Both the position numbers and the translations under genes were made by a program. Under the pieces are notes generated by a model, which was not told the origin of the DNA, made no database searches, and saw only the letters and a program-made list of their open reading frames with translations. Below are positions 28,856 to 38,678 of a stretch of 64,000 bases of DNA, piece after piece; position 1 is the stretch's first letter; every line of letters begins with the position of its first letter. The stretch comes from an uncultured Actinomycetes bacterium (lineage in GTDB: Bacteria; Actinomycetota; Actinomycetes; Streptosporangiales; Streptosporangiaceae). The DNA is taken from contig CAVOOC010000035.1 in the NCBI GenBank assembly GCA_963697445.1, positions 43,993 through 107,992 on the forward strand, read 5' to 3'.

Positions 28856-29577
28856 CTACAACCCGAGGTAGTGCTTGAGCAGGCTGGTGTCCGCCGCGAG
28901 CGCGGCGGCGTCCGCCGCGGTGACGACCTTGCCCAGGTGCAGCACGACCCCCCGGTCGGCGACGCCCAGCGCGGCCCGCGCGTTTTGCTCCACCAGCAGG
29001 ATCGTCAGCCCGGCGGAGTCCCTGAGCCCGGCCACCAGGCCCATCACCTGCGTGATGATCTTCGGTGCCAGGCCGAGCGACGGCTCGTCCAGCAGCAGCA
29101 CCCGCGGCCGGGCGAGCAGCGCGCGGGCGATCACCAGCATCTGCCGCTCGCCGCCGGACAGCGTCGCGGCCGGCTTGCGCCGCCGGGCGGCCAGCACCGG
29201 GAACTGCTCGTAGGCCTGCGCGAGCGCGCCGGGCCGCCGGCCCGGTCGGTCCGGGCCAGCGCGCCGAGCCGCAGGTTCTCCTCGACGGTCAGCTCGGTGA
29301 TCACGCCCTGGCCCTCCGGCACGTGCGCGATCCCGGCCCTCGCCATGTCCTCGGGACGGCGCCGGGTCACCTCAGCCCCGTCCAGCAGGACGTGCCCGGT
29401 GCGCACCCGGACGAGCCCGCTGATCGCCCGCAGCAGCGTGGTCTTGCCGGCGCTGTTCGCGCCGAGCACCGCGGTCACCGTGCCCTGGCCCGCGGACAGC
29501 GAGACGCCGTGCAGCGCGACGACGCCGCCGTAGCCCGCCGTCAGATCCTCGATCGCCAGCACCGGCGCCTCAGCCAT
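28856..29577 (-). pseudogene. livF: branched-chain amino-acid ABC transporter ATP-binding protein (LivF type), frameshifted as assembled
   Basis: The N-terminal half (Walker A GANSAGKTTLL) and the C-terminal half (LSGGERQMLVIARAL, LLLDEPSLGLAP) are separate track ORFs (29131..29577 and 28856..29197) in different frames. The junction lies within 29225-29250. Confidence 0.88.
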
Positions 29578-30406
29578 CGCCGGTCGCCCCCAGATAGGCG
29601 GTGGTCACGGCCGGGTCGGTCAGCACCTCGCCGGGCGGACCGGTCGCGATCACCTTGCCGAAGTCGAGCACGACGATCGTGTCGCAGGCCGCCATCATCA
29701 GGTCGATGCGGTGCTCGACCAGCACCACGCACGCGTCCGCCGCGACGTCGCTGATCAGGGTCCCGAGCTCGGCGAGTTCCTGCTCGGACAGGCCGCTGGC
29801 GGGCTCGTCGAGCAGCAGCAGCCGCGGGCTCGCGGCCAGCGCGCGGGCGAACGCGACCCGCTTGCGCAGGCCGTAGGCGAGCTCGCCGGGCATCCGGTCG
29901 GCGAGCTCGGCCGCCCCGACCCGGTCCAGCGCCTGGCGCGCCCGTTCCCGCAGCCGCCGCTCGTCAGCGTCCGACCAGGGCAGGCCCAGCAGCGCCGGCC
30001 AGAACCCGGCACGCGCGTGCCGGCTGGCACCGATCATGACGTTCTCCAGGACGGTGAGCCGGCCGAACAGCCCGAGCCCCTGCAGCGTCCGGGCGATTCC
30101 CCGGGCCGCCAGCCGGTGCGGGCGCAGCCGCGCCAGGTCGGTACCGTCGAAGATCAGCTGGCCGGCCTGCGGCCGGACGAAACCGCACACCGCGTTCAGC
30201 AGGGTGGTCTTGCCCGCGCCGTTCGGCCCGATGATCCCCGTCACCTGCCTCGGCGCGGCGGTGAGCGACACCGTGTCGAGCGCGGTGACGCCGCCGAAGC
30301 GCACCGTCACGTCGCGGACCTGAAGCGCCCCCATCCGGTCCGGCGCTGCCGGTGCCGGCTGCTCTGACGGCGTTTCAGGGTGCATTCCCGATGAATTGCG
30401 ATTCAT
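29570..30406 (-). CDS. livG: branched-chain amino-acid ABC transporter ATP-binding protein (LivG type)
   Basis: Walker A GPNGAGKTTLLN, LAYGLRKRVAFARAL and LLLDEPASGL are present. The start may be internal (MGALQV...). Confidence 0.9.
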   Translation of the reverse strand: MNRNSSGMHPETPSEQPAPAAPDRMGALQVRDVTVRFGGVTALDTVSLTAAPRQVTGIIGPNGAGKTTLLNAVCGFVRPQAGQLIFDGTDLARLRPHRLAARGIARTLQGLGLFGRLTVLENVMIGASRHARAGFWPALLGLPWSDADERRLRERARQALDRVGAAELADRMPGELAYGLRKRVAFARALAASPRLLLLDEPASGLSEQELAELGTLISDVAADACVVLVEHRIDLMMAACDTIVVLDFGKVIATGPPGEVLTDPAVTTAYLGATGDG

Positions 30407-30446
30407 GGGCCCGATCCACGTCGGGGCTGGCAGGATGCCTCCCTTA

Positions 30447-30460
30447 TGAATACGTATTCA
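30447..30460. promoter_or_regulatory. perfect 14-bp palindrome TGAATACGTATTCA in the divergent livG / DyP intergenic region (candidate operator)
   Basis: The sequence is an exact self-complement. It is AT-rich in a GC-rich background. It lies 41-54 nt upstream of the livG ATG (30406) and about 165 nt upstream of the DyP ORF. Confidence 0.6.
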
Positions 30461-30623
30461 GGCACGAGTGGCGGCCGCGCGCAAGGCCCGGCGCGGCAGT
30501 CAGCGCCGATTCGTGGCCGAACCGATACCGACGGCCAGCCGCCGACCGGGAGGGCCGTGCCGGTGCCGCAGGGCACGCCGGGCAGAATGAGCATGGTCAG
30601 GCGCATCAAGCCCGCAGCCGACG

Positions 30624-31691
30624 ATGGCACCGATGAAGGATGGGCGCGTGCACGCTGAGACGAACGAAACGGGCGGCTCCGAACCGCAGGCCGTGCTGTC
30701 GCCGCTGACCGGCGCCGCGATCTTCCTGGTCGCCGTCATCGGCCCCGGATCCGATGCCGCCGGCGCGGTGCGCGGCCTGTTCGGCGATCTGGCCGGGCTG
30801 GTCCGCGCGGTGGGGTTCCGCGACCCGGACGGATTCCTGACCTGCGTGACCGGCATCGGGTCCGAGGCGTGGGACCGGCTGGCGGGCGACCGGCCCCGGC
30901 CCGCCGGGCTGCACCCGTTCCGCGAGATCCGGGCTGGCGCGCGACATGCGGTGGCGACCCCCGGTGACTTGCTCTTCCACATCCGCGCCACGCGGATGGA
31001 CCTGTGCTTCGAGCTGGCCACCCAGATCGTCCGGCGGCTCGGCAGCGCGGTGACGGTGGTGGACGAGGTGCACGGCTTCCGCTACTTCGACGAGCGTGAC
31101 GTGATCGGATTCGTGGACGGCACCGAGAACCCGGTCGGGCGGGCGGCGGCCCTGGCCACGATCATCGGCGCCGAGGATCCGGACTTCGCCGGGGGCAGCT
31201 ACGTGATCGTGCAGAAGTACCTGCACGACCTGGACGCCTGGGACGCGATCCCGGTCGAGCAGCAGGAGCGGATCGTCGGGCGGACGAAGCTGTCCGACAT
31301 CGAGCTGGACGACTCGGTCAAGCCCGGCTACGCGCACAACGCGCTGACCACGATCATCGAAGACGGCGAGGAACGGCAGATCCTCCGCGACAACATGCCC
31401 TTCGGCTCCCCGGGGAGCGGCGAGTACGGGACGTACTTCATCGGGTACGCCCGCTCCCCCGCGGTCACCGAGCAGATGCTGACGAACATGTTTGCGGGCT
31501 CGCCCCGGGGCAACTATGACCGGCTGCTCGACGTGAGCACGGCGGTGACCGGGAGCCTGTTCTTCGTACCCGCGCAGGACCTGCTGGAGAGCCTGGCCGA
31601 CGAGCCGGTCCCAGCCCCGCCGTCCCACTCGCCGGGTGGCAGCGGTTCGCTCAACATCGGCAGCCTGAGGAGAGTTACCGAGGATGAATAA
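30624..31691 (+). CDS. Dyp-type peroxidase with C-terminal encapsulin targeting peptide
   Basis: DyP family pattern (…FVDGTENP…, GSYVIVQKYLHDL, FGSPGSGEYGTYFIGY). The C-terminal [18 protein letters not shown] resembles known cargo-loading peptides. The start may be the GTG at 30648. Confidence 0.92.
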   Translation: MAPMKDGRVHAETNETGGSEPQAVLSPLTGAAIFLVAVIGPGSDAAGAVRGLFGDLAGLVRAVGFRDPDGFLTCVTGIGSEAWDRLAGDRPRPAGLHPFREIRAGARHAVATPGDLLFHIRATRMDLCFELATQIVRRLGSAVTVVDEVHGFRYFDERDVIGFVDGTENPVGRAAALATIIGAEDPDFAGGSYVIVQKYLHDLDAWDAIPVEQQERIVGRTKLSDIELDDSVKPGYAHNALTTIIEDGEERQILRDNMPFGSPGSGEYGTYFIGYARSPAVTEQMLTNMFAGSPRGNYDRLLDVSTAVTGSLFFVPAQDLLESLADEPVPAPPSHSPGGSGSLNIGSLRRVTEDE

Positions 31692-32502
31692 CCTGCATCG
31701 CGAGCTCGCACCCGTCTCCGATGGCGCCTGGGCGCAGATCGAGGAGGAGGCCGCCCGCACCTTCAAGCGGCACGTGCGCCGGCGGGTGGTGGACGTGCAC
31801 GGGCCGGCCGGCGATGCCTTCGCCGCGGTCGGAACCGGCCACGTGACCGACATCGAGGCACCGGGCGAGGGCGTGCGCGCCCGGCAGCGCCAGGCCCTGC
31901 CGCTGGTGGAGCTGCGCGCCCCGTTCCGGCTGGACCGGCAGGACATCGACGACGTGGAACGGGGCGCCCAGGATTCGGACTGGCAGCCGGTCAAGGACGC
32001 CGCCCGGCGGATCGCCTTCGCCGAGGACCGCGCCGTCTTCGAGGGCTACCCGGCCGGCGGCATCGGCGGGATACGCCAGGGCTCGGGCAATACGCCGGCA
32101 GCCCTGCCCGGCGACGTGCGCGACTACCCCAGGGCGATCGCCGAGGCGCTCAGCCAGCTCCGGGTGGCCGGCGTCGACGGCCCGTACTCGGTGGTCCTGT
32201 CCGCGGACGCCTACACCGCCGTCAGCGAGACCAGCGATCACGGCTATCCGTTGATCGAGCACATCCAGCGGCTGCTGCCCGGCGACATCGTCTGGGCTCC
32301 GGCCATCAGCGGCGCCTTCGTGCTGACGACCCGCGGCGGCGACTTCAGCCTCCAGCTCGGCCAGGACGTGGCGATCGGCTACCTCGCCCACACCGACAGC
32401 AGCGTCGAGCTGTACTTGCAGGAGACCCTGACGTTCCAGATGTACACCAGCGAGGCGGCGGTGGCCCTGACCCCGGCCGGCTCGCCGGCCCCGGTTACCT
32501 GA
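31684..32502 (+). CDS. family 1 encapsulin nanocompartment shell protein (linocin M18-like, HK97 fold)
   Basis: [23 protein letters not shown]...LVELRAPF.L....[27 protein letters not shown] matches the encapsulin N-terminal pattern. Length is 272 aa. It overlaps the DyP stop by 8 nt. Confidence 0.93.
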   Translation: MNNLHRELAPVSDGAWAQIEEEAARTFKRHVRRRVVDVHGPAGDAFAAVGTGHVTDIEAPGEGVRARQRQALPLVELRAPFRLDRQDIDDVERGAQDSDWQPVKDAARRIAFAEDRAVFEGYPAGGIGGIRQGSGNTPAALPGDVRDYPRAIAEALSQLRVAGVDGPYSVVLSADAYTAVSETSDHGYPLIEHIQRLLPGDIVWAPAISGAFVLTTRGGDFSLQLGQDVAIGYLAHTDSSVELYLQETLTFQMYTSEAAVALTPAGSPAPVT

Positions 32503-33658
32503 TGCCGTAGAGGTGCTCGAGGGCCAGCTGGTCCAGCCGCTCGTAGCCCATGCCCCTGGCGCCCGCGGCGTCGGCGTCGATGGTCACGTCTCTGATATCG
32601 CGCCAGGACTCGCCGCGGGCTAGGGTGGGCACAGCGAGGTCCGGGACCCCGGATGCGGCCAGTGCGGCGGTCACCTCGGGGTCGGCCCGGAAGGCGCGGG
32701 CCTTGTCCCGCAGGATCAGGTAGTTGCGCATGCATGCACGGGCCGACTCCCACACGCCGTCGTCGTCCTCGGTGCGCGGCGGCTTGTAGTCGAAGTGCAC
32801 CGGGCCGTCATAGCCGCCGGCCAGCAGGGCATCGACCACCCAGAACGCGCCCCGCGCGTTGCCGGCGCCAAACCGCAGGTCCTGGTCGTAACGCGGCCCG
32901 TTCTGCCCGTTCAGGTCGATGTGGAACAGCTTGCCGTGCCACAGCGCCTGGGCGATCCCGTGCGCGTAGTTGAGCCCCGCCATCTCCTCGTGCCCGACCT
33001 CGGGATTGAGCCCGAACAGCTCCGGGTGCTCGAGCTCGCCGATGAAGGCCAGCGCATGCCCGAGCGTGGGCAGCAGGATGTCGCCGCGCGGCTCGTTCGG
33101 CTTCGGCTCGATCGCGAACCTGAGTGAGTACCCCGAATCCAGCACGTAGGCCGCCAGCACGTCGAACGCTTCCTTGTACCGGTCAAGCGCCGCCCGCACG
33201 TCCTTGGCCGCGCCGGACTCCGCGCCCTCACGGCCGCCCCAGCAGACGTAGGTCGCCGCGCCGAGCTCGGCCGCCGAATCCAGGTTGCGCATCACCTTGG
33301 CCAGCGCGAACCGCCGTACCTCCCGGTCATTGGCGGTGAACGCGCCGTCCTTGAACACGGGATGCGAGAACAGGTTGGTGGTGGCCGTGGTCACGACGAG
33401 CCCGGTGTCCGCCAGCGCCTTGCGGAAGGCGGCGATCCGCTGCTCCCGCTCGGCGGGGGTCGCGTCGAAGCCGAACACGTCGTTGTCGTGGAAGTTGACG
33501 CCGTAGGCGCCGATCTCCGCCAGCTTGCGCACCGCCCGCTCGGCAGGCATCGGGGGCCTGGCGGCAGGGCCGAAGACGTCGATGGCCTGCCAGCCGACGG
33601 TCCAGATGCCGAAGGAGAACCGGTCTTCGCGGCGCGGCTCATAACCGCCAGTCGTCAT
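32495..33658 (-). CDS. xylA: xylose isomerase (class I, actinobacterial type)
   Basis: [38 protein letters not shown] and [16 protein letters not shown] match the Actinoplanes/Streptomyces enzyme throughout. The ATG at 33658 follows GGAAGGA. Confidence 0.97.
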   Translation of the reverse strand: MTTGGYEPRREDRFSFGIWTVGWQAIDVFGPAARPPMPAERAVRKLAEIGAYGVNFHDNDVFGFDATPAEREQRIAAFRKALADTGLVVTTATTNLFSHPVFKDGAFTANDREVRRFALAKVMRNLDSAAELGAATYVCWGGREGAESGAAKDVRAALDRYKEAFDVLAAYVLDSGYSLRFAIEPKPNEPRGDILLPTLGHALAFIGELEHPELFGLNPEVGHEEMAGLNYAHGIAQALWHGKLFHIDLNGQNGPRYDQDLRFGAGNARGAFWVVDALLAGGYDGPVHFDYKPPRTEDDDGVWESARACMRNYLILRDKARAFRADPEVTAALAASGVPDLAVPTLARGESWRDIRDVTIDADAAGARGMGYERLDQLALEHLYGIR

Positions 33659-33738
33659 GGTCCCCCATCCTTCCTGGGAGTCGGCAGATCGGCCACTCAC
33701 GGGGGCAGCCGCCCGCGGGCGTTACCGCCGCGCACCCG

Positions 33739-35154
33739 TCACGGCGCCGTCGCGTCCTGCAGCGCCGCGTACTTCTCGCGCACCTGCGGGACCGGTTCTG
33801 CCTGGTAGCGGGCGGATTCGGGGTCCGGCCACGGCGGCGGCTCGCTGGTCTGGCCGAGGGCCCAGGCCGCCTGCCTGGCCGCGCCGATGGCGACGTACTC
33901 GGCGGCCGCCGGGACCAGCACGTCGGTGCCGAGAATCCCGGGAGCGATGGCGCGGACCGCGGCGGACCGCGCGCCGCCGCCGATGAGCAGCACCCGGCGC
34001 GGGGTCACGCCCGCCGCTGTCAGGTGGTCCACTGCATCGGCAAGCGAGCAGAGCACCGCCTCCACCGCGGCCCGGGCCAGATTCTCCCTGGTACCGTTCG
34101 CCGTGGTCAGGCCGCTGAGCACACCGGTCGCGCCCGGCCTGTTCGGTGTCCGCTCACCGTCCAGGTAGGGCAGCAGGGTCAGCCCGCCGGCGCCGGGCCG
34201 GGCGGCCAGCGCGAGCCGGGACAGGGTGTCCTGATCGGTGCCGAGCAAGCCGGCGGTCACGGTGAGCACCCGGGCCGCGTTCACCGTGGCGACCAGAGGA
34301 AGGAACCTGCCGGTGGCGTCGGCGAACCCGGCCACCGCGCCGGTCGGGTCGGCGGTGCCGGCCGAGGTGACCGCGAACGCGGTGCCGGAGGTCCCGATCG
34401 AGATCACCACATCGCCGTCGCGGAGGCCGAGGCCGAGCGCGGCACCCATGTTGTCGCCGGTCCCGGCCGACAGCGCCGCCCCCCACTGCGTCTGGCCGGC
34501 CGCCTCGGCGGGCGCGGCGAGACGAGGCAGGTCAACGTCGCGGCCCAGCGCCGTCTTCGCGAGGGCCGGCAGCCAGGTGGCGTCGGCGGGCGAGAAGTAC
34601 CCGGTGCCCGATGCGTCGCCCCGGTCGGTCACCGGCCGGGCCGCGGCCTGCTGGGCCGGCCCCTGCTCCGGCCCCTGCGCCGGCCCGGAGCCGAGCCGCC
34701 AGGTCAGCCAGTCATGCGGCAGCAGGACCATGCTGGTGCGATGGGCACTGGCGGGCTCGCGCTCGGCCAGCCAGCGCAGCTTGGTGACGGTGAACGACGC
34801 CGTTGGCACGCTGCCGGTCCGTCTCGCCCACTCCCCCGGCCCGCCAAGCTCGGCGATCAGGTCCGCGGCCTGCCGGGCCGAGCGCATGTCGTTCCACAGC
34901 ATCGCGGGCCGGATCACCCGGCCGGCCTCGTCCAGCGCGATCATGCCGTGCTGCTGGGCCGCCACCCCGATCGCGTCCGCCTGCTCCAGCAGCCCGCGGC
35001 CCGCCGCCTGCAGCGCCTGCCACCAGGCCTGCGGGTCGGCCTCGGTCCCGTGCGGATGCGGCGCGGAGCCGCTGCCGACCACGGTGCCGTCGTCCGCGCG
35101 GCAGAGCACGACCTTGGTCGACTGGGTCGAGCTGTCCACTCCGGCGACCAGCAT
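33739..35154 (-). CDS. xylB: xylulokinase (FGGY carbohydrate kinase)
   Basis: MLVAGVDSSTQSTKVVL, QQHGM and GTSGT are FGGY motifs. It sits immediately upstream of xylA on the same strand. Confidence 0.92.
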   Translation of the reverse strand: MLVAGVDSSTQSTKVVLCRADDGTVVGSGSAPHPHGTEADPQAWWQALQAAGRGLLEQADAIGVAAQQHGMIALDEAGRVIRPAMLWNDMRSARQAADLIAELGGPGEWARRTGSVPTASFTVTKLRWLAEREPASAHRTSMVLLPHDWLTWRLGSGPAQGPEQGPAQQAAARPVTDRGDASGTGYFSPADATWLPALAKTALGRDVDLPRLAAPAEAAGQTQWGAALSAGTGDNMGAALGLGLRDGDVVISIGTSGTAFAVTSAGTADPTGAVAGFADATGRFLPLVATVNAARVLTVTAGLLGTDQDTLSRLALAARPGAGGLTLLPYLDGERTPNRPGATGVLSGLTTANGTRENLARAAVEAVLCSLADAVDHLTAAGVTPRRVLLIGGGARSAAVRAIAPGILGTDVLVPAAAEYVAIGAARQAAWALGQTSEPPPWPDPESARYQAEPVPQVREKYAALQDATAP

Positions 35155-35315
35155 GGGCGGCTCCTGTCCGGGAGGGCGGCTCGGACGCCCGGCGGCGCGG
35201 GCGCCGCCAGACACGCTACTCCCCCGCCCGCAGCCACCCCGCGCGTCGCGTTTGTTCAAGACCTGGCGCCGGCCCGCGGCTAGCGTGGGACCAAGGCACG
35301 TAAGAGCACGAGAGG

Positions 35316-35699
35316 ATGAATGCAACGATGACCGCAGTCGCTAGCCTCGCCATGATCAGCCTTGACTGTGACGACCCCGGAGCGCTTGCCGAGTTCTATC
35401 ACCGGGTCCTCGGCTGGGAGATCGTGCACAGCGAGCAGGACTACGCGATGATCAGCGACGGGGCACTGCCCGTCGGCTTCGGGCGGATCGACGGCTACAC
35501 GCCGCCGCGGTGGCCGGATCCCGCCGCGCCGAAGCAGTTCCACCTCGACTTCTACGTCAACGACCTGGACAAGGCGGAGGCAGCCTGCCTGGAAGCAGGC
35601 GCGGCCAAGCCGGACCACCAGCCAGGCGGTGAGCGCTGGCGGGTACTGACCGACCCGGCTGGCCACCCGTTCTGCATCTGCCTCAAGCAGGATGGCTGA
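35316..35699 (+). CDS. VOC-family (glyoxalase/bleomycin-resistance fold) protein
   Basis: ISLDCDDPGALAEFYHRVLGWE...FHLDFYV.DLD...DPAGHPFC fits the family. Confidence 0.85.
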   Translation: MNATMTAVASLAMISLDCDDPGALAEFYHRVLGWEIVHSEQDYAMISDGALPVGFGRIDGYTPPRWPDPAAPKQFHLDFYVNDLDKAEAACLEAGAAKPDHQPGGERWRVLTDPAGHPFCICLKQDG

Positions 35700-35761
35700 A
35701 CGCCGCCTCCCGCGCGGTTCATCACGGCACCGGTCGGCGCGCCGGCCTGGTCTCCTGCACG

Positions 35762-36595
35762 TCAGGGGGTGCGGGCGGGTGCTGGCGTGGTGCTCTGGCT
35801 CGCGGACGGCGACGGGCTCGGGCTTGAGCTCGGCGACGGGCTGCCGGAGGACGGGGTCGGGGACGGGCTGGGCGACGCCGGGCTCGTCCGGGTGCCGCCC
35901 GGGCTCGGTGACGCCGAACGGGACAAAGACGTGGCCTTGCCGGTAGCCGGAGAAGCGTGCTGCGGCTGCACCGCCGGGGCCGGCGCACTGACGTTCCCGC
36001 CGCCCACGCTCGTGCCCGAGCCGCTGCGGTGCCACACGACGGCCGCCAGCGGCTTCCCCGCGGCCAGCTCGAACACGGTGATGCCGGCGAGCACGCCGAC
36101 GAAGATCCCCGCGCTGGCGACGGCGGCGAGAACCCAGCGGGGACGCGCACGCAGCCAGCTGCCGTGCCCGGCCCCGCCGTGCCCGGGCCCGCCGCGCTCA
36201 CGCCCGCCGCGCTCGCCATCCCCGGCCGGCGCCGCAGCGGCGTCCTGCGAGTCCCCGGCATCCGCGGCACCCCCGGGACCCCCGGGATCGGCCGCCGTCT
36301 CCCCGGCGCCGCCGTCGGGGTTGCCGCGGTGCTGCGCGGTGCCGTGCGGAACGGCGGCCGTCCTGCGCTGGGCCCGCTGCGCCATCACCGGCGCGGCCTC
36401 GCGCAGCCGGCGTCCGGTGCGGCCCAGGTAGTCCTTGTAGATCGCGCTGCCCGCCGTGCCGGCAACGCTCATCACCGCGGCGCCGATGATGGTCCCCGCA
36501 ACCCCGAGGTAGGACGCCGCGATGGCACCGGTGACCGTCGCGAGCACGCTGGCCATGACCTGAGTGCCGCTTACTTCGAAGCGCCGGGCGCTCAT
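35762..36595 (-). CDS. hypothetical membrane protein with Gly/Asp-rich linker and Ser/Pro-rich C-terminal tail
   Basis: Two hydrophobic segments are present. The SPSPSPTPSSGSPSPSSSPSPSPS tail is low complexity. Third-position GC is high. No family was recognised. Confidence 0.6.
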   Translation of the reverse strand: MSARRFEVSGTQVMASVLATVTGAIAASYLGVAGTIIGAAVMSVAGTAGSAIYKDYLGRTGRRLREAAPVMAQRAQRRTAAVPHGTAQHRGNPDGGAGETAADPGGPGGAADAGDSQDAAAAPAGDGERGGRERGGPGHGGAGHGSWLRARPRWVLAAVASAGIFVGVLAGITVFELAAGKPLAAVVWHRSGSGTSVGGGNVSAPAPAVQPQHASPATGKATSLSRSASPSPGGTRTSPASPSPSPTPSSGSPSPSSSPSPSPSASQSTTPAPARTP

Positions 36596-36730
36596 CAGTT
36601 CCCTTCGGTAGCAAGCCCGGAGCAGTACGGGCGTGGACTAGACCTCTTGGGTACAACGGCGAGTCCTGGCGGATGTTCCGGGCAAAGGGGGCGGCTGGCG
36701 CGGCGGACGGCGGCTGGTACCGTGCCCCGG

Positions 36731-37696
36731 GTGAGCGGCGGCGAACCGGATGTCCTGGTGATCGGGGCCGGCGTGTGCGGCCTGACCACCGCGATCTGCC
36801 TGTCCGAGGCCGGCCTCGACGTCACCATCCGGGCCACCCGGCCGCCGCTGGAGACGACGTCGGCCGCCGCGGGCGCGATCTGGGGACCGCACCTGGTTGA
36901 GGAGGGCGGCCCGGTAGCGCGGTGGAGCAGCGCCACCCTGGCGACCCTACGCGATCTGGCCGGCCAGCCGGGCACCGGAGTCCGGATCGGGCAGGGTATC
37001 GAGGCGCAGCGCAGCCCGGCCGGGCCGCCGGGCTGGTCGGCCCTGCTGACGGGGTTCCGGCGCTGCGCGGCGGCGGAGCTGCCCGACGGCTTCGTCGCGG
37101 GCTGGCGGTACAGCGCGCCGGTGGTGACCATGCCCGTCTACCTCGGCTACCTGCTGGACCGCTTCACCAGCGCCGGCGGAGACGTGCAGGTGGCCGCAGT
37201 CCGCTCGCTCGCCGAGGCGGCGGCGGATGCCCCCGTGGTGGTCAACTGCACCGGCGTCGGGGCGCGGGATCTCGTCCCCGATCACGACGTGCTGCCGGTC
37301 AGGGGGCAGGTCGTGATCGTCGCGAACCCCGGCATCAGCGACTTCTTCGTCGCGCCGGCCGATGCGACCGCGGATCTGATGTACATGTTCCCGCACGGGG
37401 ACACGATGCTGCTCGGCGGCACCGAACAGCACGGGGACTGGAACCTCGACCCGGACCCCGGGATCTCGCAGCGCATCCTGGCCGGCTGTGCCGCCGTCGA
37501 GCCGCGACTGTCGGGCGCCGAGATCCTGGCCGAGCGGGTCGGCCTGCGCCCGGTCAGGCCCCGGGTACGGCTCGATTCCGAGCGCCCGGGGCCAGGCCGC
37601 CTGCTGGTGCACAATTACGGCCACGGCGGGGCGGGCGTCACGCTGTCCTGGGGCTGCGCCCGCGAGATCACCGAGCAGATCCTGGGCCGTGGCTGA
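36731..37696 (+). CDS. FAD-dependent oxidoreductase, D-amino-acid oxidase family
   Basis: DVLVIGAGVCGLTTAICLSEAG is a GxGxxG fold. The C-terminal HNYGHGGAGVTLSWGCA is the DAO signature. The start codon is GTG at 36731. Confidence 0.88.
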   Translation: MSGGEPDVLVIGAGVCGLTTAICLSEAGLDVTIRATRPPLETTSAAAGAIWGPHLVEEGGPVARWSSATLATLRDLAGQPGTGVRIGQGIEAQRSPAGPPGWSALLTGFRRCAAAELPDGFVAGWRYSAPVVTMPVYLGYLLDRFTSAGGDVQVAAVRSLAEAAADAPVVVNCTGVGARDLVPDHDVLPVRGQVVIVANPGISDFFVAPADATADLMYMFPHGDTMLLGGTEQHGDWNLDPDPGISQRILAGCAAVEPRLSGAEILAERVGLRPVRPRVRLDSERPGPGRLLVHNYGHGGAGVTLSWGCAREITEQILGRG

Positions 37697-37699
37697 CGC

Positions 37700-38500
37700 T
37701 CAGAAGCCGGGAAAGGTCTTCCGCAGGATGTCCAGGTCGATCGTGCCGGAGAGGCTTTCCGCCGGCGGCGTGTGATCCGGGTCAAGCCGCCCGTACACCA
37801 GCCGGAGCAGCGCCTCCGCGGGCATCCGGAGCCAGGCAACGCCGGCACCGGCCGCGGCGCCGCCCGCGCCGGGCGGCGCCGCCGACATCGACACGGTCTC
37901 CCCGACGTCGAGCAGGAACCCGCGCTCGGGCCCGGTGGTCGCGATGCCGACGGCGAACGGCTCGCCCCTGGGCTTCCCGGTACGGGCCGCCACCTGCGGG
38001 ATCCTGTTAACCAGCAGCGCAACCGACTGCGCGCCAACCAGCGCCGCCGGGTCGAGGCTCACCGCCACGTCCCACGAGTGCAGCGCGTGCTCGCCGAGGC
38101 GCAGCCACAGCATGCCCAGGGCGTCAAGCTCCGTGCCGAGCAGCTTCAGCCGGATCCCGGTCAGCTGCTCGTCGGTGAGCTGCTCCAGGCGCCGCACGTA
38201 CGTCCGGTCGTGGAGGAGGCACTCGACCGCCTGCTGGTCGGGATCCCGGGCGTTCCAGACCGCCCAGATGGACCTGAAACCGTCCAGCCCGAACGGCTGG
38301 CGGCCGGCCAGCGCAGCAGCCAGCGACTGCTCGGCGATCTCCGCCTGGCTGCCGAGGTGAGCCAGCACCTGGGCGATCGTCCACCCGCTGGCGTACGAGG
38401 CTTCACGCAGCTGCTCCGGGGTCAGCCTGCCGACGAGGGCGGCGAGCCGCCGCTGCGAGCCGCGCAGGGCCGCGATCCACGTGCGGGCACTAGATTCCAC
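37700..38500 (-). CDS. maleylpyruvate isomerase-family mycothiol-dependent enzyme (DinB fold N-terminus, MDMPI C-terminal domain)
   Basis: W.IAQVLAHLGSQAEI is a DinB-like His motif. The C-terminal region is typical of the family. The GTG start at 38500 is tentative. Confidence 0.75.
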   Translation of the reverse strand: MESSARTWIAALRGSQRRLAALVGRLTPEQLREASYASGWTIAQVLAHLGSQAEIAEQSLAAALAGRQPFGLDGFRSIWAVWNARDPDQQAVECLLHDRTYVRRLEQLTDEQLTGIRLKLLGTELDALGMLWLRLGEHALHSWDVAVSLDPAALVGAQSVALLVNRIPQVAARTGKPRGEPFAVGIATTGPERGFLLDVGETVSMSAAPPGAGGAAAGAGVAWLRMPAEALLRLVYGRLDPDHTPPAESLSGTIDLDILRKTFPGF

Positions 38501-38678
38501 CGGGGCTTCCGCCCTTCTGGTCCCCGTTACCGGCGTTGCCGGCCCGGCCGAGACGTGCCGATGAGTGCGCAAGACGGTCTGTACTACTGTTCCACGCGGG
38601 AGCCGGTGACGGGCGGGAGGCGCGGATGACCAGGACAATCGTTATGGCCCGCCGCGGGCCACGGGCCGGGACCATGAC

